In this document: positions 57,840-64,000 of the stretch, one piece after another
Layout: every line of letters begins with the position of its first letter
How positions within the stretch are numbered: the stretch's first letter is position 1
Assembly (NCBI GenBank): GCA_963738685.1
Contig: CAVTXK010000002.1
Span: 1,110,653 to 1,174,652, forward strand
Direction of reading: 5' to 3'
From: an uncultured Chloroflexia bacterium
Lineage (GTDB): Bacteria; Chloroflexota; Limnocylindria; Limnocylindrales; CSP1-4
Length of the DNA stretch: 64,000 nt
Notes under the pieces: generated by a model
Told to the model about the DNA's origin: nothing
Databases searched by the model: none
Seen by the model: the letters and a program-made list of their open reading frames with translations, nothing else
Position numbers and translations under genes: made by a program

Positions 57840-59027
57840 TTGCATTGGAGGGTCGCGCGGCCCATCCGCTTAACGGCCGCGCTCGTCATCTCGACATCGA
57901 TCCTGGCCACGATCGTTCCGCTGGTAGCCGCGGATGACGGCCTGGAGGTCACGACGCCGTTTCCCGCCGTGGCGGTCGCACCAGGCACGAAGGTCAGCTT
58001 CGACCTGACGATCTCATCGACGCGCACGGCGACGGTCGCGCTCGAGTTGAGTGGCGTCCCGGAGGGCTGGACGGCGAGCCTGCTCGGTGGCGGGTTCGTC
58101 GTCGACGGCGTGTCGGTCACCCCGAGCGCCGCCGGCGAGGTCCGCCTCGACGTCGACGTGCCGGCCGACGCGGTGACGGGCACGGCATCGGTCGTCGAGG
58201 ACCTGCGGGTCACGGCGCGAGGTGGCGGCGCCCAGGACATCCTGCCGATCTCCATCCGGGTGGACGCGGAAGCAGCGGGCGACATCACGCTCACGACCTC
58301 GACGCCGGGCCTGACCGGCTCGTCGGACGCGAGCTTCTCGTTCGACCTGCAGTTGCAGAACGACACGGCCCAGGACGTGACCGTGTCGGTGTCGGCCGCC
58401 GGCCCAGCCGAATGGGACGTCCAGGCCTCGCTGACCGGCGAGACCCAGGCGGCATCGACGGTCGTCGAGGCCGGTGCCTCCCAGAACGTCACCGTGACGG
58501 CGACCGCCCCGACCAACGCCGAAGCGGGGACGTATCCGATCACGGTCGAGGCCACGGCCGGCGACCGGACCGTGACCGCGGACCTCGCGATCGAGGTGAC
58601 CGGGTCCTACTCGCTCACGCTGACGACCCCGAATGACGTGCTGTCGGCGAGCGGCTCGGCCGGCTCACCGACGAGCCAGGCGTTCGTGATCACGAACACC
58701 GGTACCGCACCGATCACGGGCGTCACGCTGACCGATACACCCCCGACCAACTGGACCGTCACGTACGCGCCGGCCGACCCGATCACCACGATCGCGCCGG
58801 GTGCGACCGAGACGATCACCGCGACGATCACGCCCTCGTCGGAGGCCGTGGCCGGGGATTACGTGGTGTCGTTCAGCGCCAGCGCGGCAGAGGGCGGGGC
58901 CACGGCCGAGAGCCAGGTCCGGTTCACGGTGGAGACCTCGCCGCTGTGGGCGTTGATCGGCCTCGGGATCATCGTCCTGATCGTGGGTGGCCTCTTCTAC
59001 GTCTTCCGCACCTACGGCCGCCGATGA
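57840..59027 (+). CDS. NEW3-domain (Ig-like repeat) surface protein with C-terminal TM
   Basis: Signal peptide; three Thr-rich beta-sandwich repeats ([20 protein letters not shown]); TM + RTYGRR. Confidence 0.87.
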   Translation: MHWRVARPIRLTAALVISTSILATIVPLVAADDGLEVTTPFPAVAVAPGTKVSFDLTISSTRTATVALELSGVPEGWTASLLGGGFVVDGVSVTPSAAGEVRLDVDVPADAVTGTASVVEDLRVTARGGGAQDILPISIRVDAEAAGDITLTTSTPGLTGSSDASFSFDLQLQNDTAQDVTVSVSAAGPAEWDVQASLTGETQAASTVVEAGASQNVTVTATAPTNAEAGTYPITVEATAGDRTVTADLAIEVTGSYSLTLTTPNDVLSASGSAGSPTSQAFVITNTGTAPITGVTLTDTPPTNWTVTYAPADPITTIAPGATETITATITPSSEAVAGDYVVSFSASAAEGGATAESQVRFTVETSPLWALIGLGIIVLIVGGLFYVFRTYGRR

Positions 59028-60277
59028 GCGCGAGCCCGGGGCGTATCGCGCCCAAGCGACGCCCGGGCCGTCGACTCGCGGCGGCGCCGGTCGAGGGCGG
59101 TGGGGTAGGCGTCGAATCGACACCTGACAGCGTCCGGATCCGTACCCGCGGCCTGACGAAGCATTACGACGACCTCGTCGCGGTCGACCACCTCGATCTC
59201 GAGGTCCACGCCGGCGAGATCTTCGGCCTGCTCGGCCAGAACGGCGCGGGCAAGACCACGACGATCCTCATGTTGCTCGGGCTGACCGAGCCGACCTCGG
59301 GGTCGGCGCGGGTCGTCGGGCTCGATCCGGCGCGCGCCCCCCTGCAGGTCAAGCGGCGGGTCGGCTACATGCCCGACAGCGTCGGCTTCTACGGCGACCT
59401 GTCGGGTCGGCGAGAACCTGCGCTACACCGCTCGACTGAACCGGGTGCCGCGCGAGCTCGCCGAGACCACGATCGATGAGGTGCTCGAGCAGGTCGGGCT
59501 GGCGACCCGGGCCGACGACAAGACCGAGACGTACTCGCGGGGCATGCTCCAGCGTCTCGGCATCGCCGATGCCCTGGTCAAGGATCCGGATGTCCTCATC
59601 CTCGATGAGCCGACGACCGCGATCGACCCGCTCGGCGTCGTCGAGGTGCTCGACCTCCTGCGCCGGCTGGTCAACGAGCGCGGCATGGCGATCCTGCTCT
59701 CGAGCCACCTCCTGAACCAGGTGCAGTCGGTGTGCGACCGGATCGGGATCTTCGCGTCCGGCCGGTTGATCGGGCAGGGGACCATGGCCCAGCTGGCGCG
59801 GACGATTCGGTGATGGCCGGCAGCAGATCGAGATCGGGCTGGACCTGCCGGACGGGCGACGATGGCGCGCGGGCGCGGGCCGTGCTGGCGGCCGTGGCCG
59901 GCGTGGCATCCGTGGACGACGGGGCACACGCCGGCGATCCGTGGATCGTGACGATGGCGCCGGGTGCGGATCCGATCGTGGTCCGCTCGGCTGTGCTGGC
60001 GGAGGTCGCCTCCGAGGGATTGCCGCTTGCATCGATCCGTGCGGTCGTGCCGTCCCTCGAGGACATCTACCGGCGCGCCGTGGCTCGGCCGGCCACGTCA
60101 CCGGGTTCTTCTGCGTCGTCGGCGCCGGCGGCGCCGGGGCGGCCCGAACGGGATCGCGCGGCCGCGTCGGCTGGTGACGTGCCGGCGGCCCGCCACGAGA
60201 CCTCCCGCGCCTCAGTCGATCGGGTGGAGCCGGTGACCCTGCCCGCGCCTGATGCATCGAAGGAGGATCAGGCGTGA
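59024..60277 (+). CDS. ABC ATPase (apparent frameshifts ~59410, ~59805)
   Basis: [33 protein letters not shown]. Confidence 0.88.
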
Positions 60278-61275
60278 GCGCGATCCCGGCCCAGTCGACG
60301 CGATCCGTCCCGGGTTCCGGTTGGACCGTCGTCGCCGCGAAGGAGTTCGGCGACCACCTGCTGTCCGCGCGGTTCTTCGTTCTCGTCGTCGTGCTCGGGC
60401 TGGCCGCGGCGATCCCGCTGTACTTCGCCGCGGATGCGATCCGCGAGGTCGCGTCGGGTGTGACCGATGCGCAGGCCATCTTCATCGCGCTGTTCTGGTT
60501 GGCGCCGAACGTCGGCGAGCAGGTGACCCTGCCCTCCGTCGCAGGGTTCATGGCCTACGTGGCGCCGCTACTGGGCCTGGCCTTCGCCTTCGATGCGATC
60601 AACGGCGAGCGAGCCCAGGGCACGCTGCCCCGGCTCCTCTCCCAGCCGATCCACCGCGACGACGTCGTCAACGGCAAATTCGTGGCCGGGCTCGCCGTCA
60701 TCGGGCTCGTGCTCGTGTCGGTGGTCGGGGCGATCGCCGCCTTCGGGTTGATCCGGCTCGGGATCGTGCCGGACCCGGCCGAGGTGCTGCGAATCGTGCT
60801 GTGGGTGATCGTGACGTTCGTGTACGTCTCGCTCTGGCTGGCGTTCGGGATGCTGCTTTCCGTGGTCGTGCGACGAGCCGCGACCTCGGCGCTCATCGGC
60901 TTCGGGGCGTGGCTGCTGTTCACGTTTTTCGGCGGCCTCATCGTGTCGTTGGTCGGCGGGGTCATCGCCCCCTTGACCGGCTCGACCGAGGAGGTGCTGC
61001 GCAACAACGGCATCCAGGAAGGACTGCGTCGGCTCCTGCCGGACACGCTGTATCGCGAGGCGTCGCTTTCGCTGCTGAACCCGCAGGTGACCTCGGTCTC
61101 GACGCCGGCGACGATCGGCAGCTACGAGCAGGCGCAGCAGCGGATCCCGTCGCTGCTCTCGCTCGACCAGAGCTTCATCCTGGTCTGGCCGCAGGTCGTG
61201 GCGCTGGTCGCGATGATGGTCGCGTGCTTCGCGCTGGCCTACGTGCTGTTCATGCGCCAGGAGGTCCGCGCCTAG
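60274..61275 (+). CDS. ABC-2 type permease
   Basis: AKEFGDHL, FDAINGERAQGTL, NGKF, FMRQEVRA. Confidence 0.92.
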   Translation: MSAIPAQSTRSVPGSGWTVVAAKEFGDHLLSARFFVLVVVLGLAAAIPLYFAADAIREVASGVTDAQAIFIALFWLAPNVGEQVTLPSVAGFMAYVAPLLGLAFAFDAINGERAQGTLPRLLSQPIHRDDVVNGKFVAGLAVIGLVLVSVVGAIAAFGLIRLGIVPDPAEVLRIVLWVIVTFVYVSLWLAFGMLLSVVVRRAATSALIGFGAWLLFTFFGGLIVSLVGGVIAPLTGSTEEVLRNNGIQEGLRRLLPDTLYREASLSLLNPQVTSVSTPATIGSYEQAQQRIPSLLSLDQSFILVWPQVVALVAMMVACFALAYVLFMRQEVRA

Positions 61276-61312
61276 GGTACGCGTGGTGCGGCGTTTGCCC
61301 ACCCTTTCCTGG

Positions 61313-61368
61313 GCGCCGCGCGCCGCGCGCCGCGCGCCGAGCGCCGAGCGCCGAGCGCCGAGCGCCGC
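61313..61368. repeat. 7-bp tandem repeat x8 (GCGCCGC/A)
   Basis: Three GCGCCGC, four GCGCCGA, one GCGCCGC. Confidence 0.92.
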
Positions 61369-61657
61369 CGCCTCGCCGCCCGGTCGATTCTTGTCAGATG
61401 CGCGTCAGGTGAGCGCTCGTCTGTGACGTGTCGTCGCAGTCTGCGATGTCGTGCGTGGACCCGTTGGCGGCGTGCAGCCCTTCGTGGTCATACGCACCCC
61501 ACGGTGAGCATTTGCCGGATCTCGGGCGACTAACGCTCGCCTGGTGACCATTTGTCAGGGATCGGGCCCCTCAAGTGATCGGGCGAAACCTCTCGCGTGA
61601 TCGGGCCCGGGAATCGTCACGATGCCGGGCCGGGACCCTCTACGTCGGGCGGGCAAT

Positions 61658-62260
61658 TCATCGCAGCGTCCCCGCCGCCAGTCCCAGCTCGCCCTCGGTC
61701 GCGCTGGTCGCCCAGGCGACGACCTCGGCGCGGCTGATCGTCGTCCCGTGGGCGACGACCTGGAGCGCCAGCCCGTCCACCAGCGACAGGATCCGCCACG
61801 CGGCGGCCGCCGGATCGGGACACGAGAAGGCTCCCGCGGCCACGCCCGCCACGATCGTTCGCTCGAGCAGCCCCTGCCACTCGAGATTCAGTCGACGCGA
61901 CGTGGCCTGGAGCGCCGGCCGGCGAGCCGCCTCCGCCCAGGCGTCCAGCCAGAGCTGGAAGGCCCAGTCCTTGTCGGCCGGGGTGTAGGTGCGGAAGAAG
62001 ATCCGTAACGCCTCCACGGCCGAGCCAGCCCCGGCCATCGGCCGCGCCGAAAACTCCAGATCCTGCCGCGCGACGCGCTCGAACGCCGCCGCGAGCACCT
62101 CGTCCATCGAATCGAAGTAGTGGTGGATGAGCCCCGACGATGTCCCCATCTCGGCAGCCACGTCACGGACCGTCGTGGACGCCAGGCCCTTGCGAACGGC
62201 GACGTCCAGGGCCGCTGCGACGATCGCCTCGCGCCGTTGGTCGGGGGTCATCCGCTTCAT
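61658..62260 (-). CDS. TetR family regulator (BetI-like C-terminus)
   Basis: TTVRDVAAEMGTSSGLIHHYF; WLDAWAEA; LVDGLALQ. Confidence 0.94.
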   Translation of the reverse strand: MKRMTPDQRREAIVAAALDVAVRKGLASTTVRDVAAEMGTSSGLIHHYFDSMDEVLAAAFERVARQDLEFSARPMAGAGSAVEALRIFFRTYTPADKDWAFQLWLDAWAEAARRPALQATSRRLNLEWQGLLERTIVAGVAAGAFSCPDPAAAAWRILSLVDGLALQVVAHGTTISRAEVVAWATSATEGELGLAAGTLR

Positions 62261-62280
62261 GAGCGCGCAGCGTAGGACCA

Positions 62281-62300
62281 TATTGCGCAGACGTCCAATA
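62281..62300. promoter_or_regulatory. Putative TetR operator
   Basis: TATTG-CGCAGACGTC-CAATA inverted repeat in the divergent gap. Confidence 0.65.
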
Positions 62301-62350
62301 GCAGATATCGTGCCCGCACCAACGGCAACTGCGAGAGGGCCCGTCACGGC

Positions 62351-63550
62351 ATGATCCGCACCACGCCCTTCCACGAGCGCACGAGCGCGCTCAACGAGAC
62401 CCAGCTCTGGAGCCACTGGTCCGGCACCCTCGCCGCCAACCGCTATCAGATGTCGGACAAGATGGAGTACTTCGCGGTTCGCAACGCGGCGGGCGTGTTC
62501 GACTCCAGTCCCCTCTACAAGTACCGGATCAGCGGCCGGGACGCCGAGGCGTTCCTCGCGGGGGTCCTCGCCCGCGACATCCGTGCCTGCCCGCCGGGCC
62601 AGGCCCAGTACACCTGCTGGCTCGACGACGGCGGATTCGTGATCGAGGACGGCGTCATCCTGCACACGGCGAAGAACGAGTACCTCCTCACGAGCGCCGA
62701 ACCGAACCTCGCGTACCTCGAGGACCGCAGTCACCGCCACGACGTCACGATCGAGGACGTCAGCGCGGATCTCGGCACCCTCGCGCTCCAGGGACCCCGG
62801 TCGCGCGACCTGCTCCGGAAGCTCGTCCCGCAGATGGAGAAGATCCCGTACTTCGGGGTCGCGAAGGGCGAGATCGGTGGCGCGGGCGTGACCGTCAGCC
62901 GCACGGGCTACAGCGGCGATCTGGGCTACGAGGTCTGGATCGACACGCCGGACGCGCTCCACGTCTGGGACACGCTCTGGGACTCGATGGAGGGCCACGG
63001 CGTCCTGCCGTTCGGTCTCGCGGCCCTCGAGATGCTGCGCATCGAGGCCGGCCTGCTGCTGATGGAGGCGGACTTCGACTCGAGCCGGTTTGCCTGGAAC
63101 GATGCCCACCGGTCCACCCCGATCGAACTCGGCTGGGGCTGGATGTTCAAGGACCTCAAAGGGGACGACCGCGCGTTCATCGGCCGCAGGGCCCTGGAGC
63201 GTGAGATCTCCGACAAGACCTCGCGCTGGGCGATGCGCGGCCTGATCGTCGACTGGCAGGACTACGATCGGGTCTACAACGAGGCCGGGCTCATCCCACC
63301 AAAGGATCACACGCCGGTCCTCGAGGATTGGATGCTGTACGACGACGACTACAAGCGGGTCGGCTACGCGACGAGCTTCATGTACTCGCCGATGCTCCAG
63401 CGCCACATCGCCATCGCGCGCGTCCGACCCGACTTCGCGAAGCTCGGGTCGAAGGTGAACATCGAGACGACGGTCAATCACCAGTACGAGCAGGTCGCGG
63501 CGCATGTCGCGCGGCTACCGCTCTACAACCCTGAGCGAAAGACGGCCTGA
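62351..63550 (+). CDS. GcvT-like aminomethyltransferase family protein
   Basis: RTTPFH, EYFAVRNAAGVFD, ALQGPRS, SRTGYSGDLGYE, LRIEAG, FIGRRAL. Confidence 0.93.
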   Translation: MIRTTPFHERTSALNETQLWSHWSGTLAANRYQMSDKMEYFAVRNAAGVFDSSPLYKYRISGRDAEAFLAGVLARDIRACPPGQAQYTCWLDDGGFVIEDGVILHTAKNEYLLTSAEPNLAYLEDRSHRHDVTIEDVSADLGTLALQGPRSRDLLRKLVPQMEKIPYFGVAKGEIGGAGVTVSRTGYSGDLGYEVWIDTPDALHVWDTLWDSMEGHGVLPFGLAALEMLRIEAGLLLMEADFDSSRFAWNDAHRSTPIELGWGWMFKDLKGDDRAFIGRRALEREISDKTSRWAMRGLIVDWQDYDRVYNEAGLIPPKDHTPVLEDWMLYDDDYKRVGYATSFMYSPMLQRHIAIARVRPDFAKLGSKVNIETTVNHQYEQVAAHVARLPLYNPERKTA

Positions 63551-63551
63551 G

Positions 63552-64000
63552 ATGACGACCACGATCCCGACCCCGAAGACCCCGAAGTCCACGAAGTCGA
63601 CGACGAGATCGAGCTCGACCACGCGGTCGACGAAGGCGACGTCGCGCGCCGACCGGACGTACGACGCGATCGTGGTCGGTGGCGGCCACAACGGCCTGGT
63701 GAACGGCGCCTACCTCGCCAAGGCCGGACTCAAGACGCTGATCATCGAGCGTCGCGACCTCGTCGGTGGGGCCGCGATCACGGAGGAGCTCCGCCCGGGA
63801 TTCTGGTTCACGACGTTCTCGTACGCGCTCTCGCTGCTGCGGCCGGACATCATCCACGAGCTGGAGCTGACCAAGCACGGATTCATGCCGCTGCTGATGT
63901 CGACGCTGTTTGCTCCCGGCGAGAACGGCGACTACCTGCTGTTCACGCAGGACCACGGCGAGAACCAGAAGGAGATCCTGCGGCACTCCAAGCACGACGC
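63552..64000 (+). CDS. Phytoene-dehydrogenase-like FAD oxidoreductase; runs off the right edge
   Basis: My translation: YDAIVVGGGHNGLVNGAYLAKAG...ERRDLVGGAAITEE. Confidence 0.9.
   Translation, partial: MTTTIPTPKTPKSTKSTTRSSSTTRSTKATSRADRTYDAIVVGGGHNGLVNGAYLAKAGLKTLIIERRDLVGGAAITEELRPGFWFTTFSYALSLLRPDIIHELELTKHGFMPLLMSTLFAPGENGDYLLFTQDHGENQKEILRHSKHD

Noticed and set aside
62351-64000. Glycine cleavage gcvT or carotenoid crtI
   Set aside because: No gcvH/gcvP or crtB context in view; family-level call only.
1-64000. Long antisense and alternative-frame ORFs (e.g. 699-3098, 31902-33989, 34086-36413, 51132-53429)
   Set aside because: Shadow ORFs typical of high-GC DNA, overlapping well-supported genes and lacking motifs.

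Overview
This is a gene-dense, very GC-rich bacterial chromosome segment with about 62 CDS. I found no rRNA, tRNA, CRISPR array, transposase or phage genes. The gene content and pervasive leaderless TANNNT promoters suggest a Chloroflexota (Limnocylindria-like) or actinobacterial-type soil organism (inference). Main blocks in order: a nucleotidyl-cyclase/STAND gene with two cNMP-binding proteins and a flavoprotein; amine and peptide catabolism with a Dpp-type ABC importer; cell-wall enzymes; an XRE/ABC-2 exporter operon; a 6xGAF-3xPAS histidine kinase with two response regulators; a GreA carrying an N-terminal GIY-YIG-like domain; a DEAD-box helicase; a DUF2089/DUF4097 operon; MocR; a HipA-like kinase with DUF3037; an acyl-ACP desaturase; a WYL-PAC2-WYL cluster with a shared operator; a NEW3/ABC operon; and a TetR/GcvT-like/oxidoreductase cluster. 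About 20 apparent single-base frameshifts, clustered at 1.9-28.2 kb and 59.4-59.8 kb, are most likely assembly errors. The best candidates for undescribed biology are the GIY-YIG-like/GreA fusion, the two-WYL/PAC2 mini-regulon, the cNMP/flavoprotein module and several structured non-coding leaders. All family calls come from motif recognition by eye; no database searches were run.
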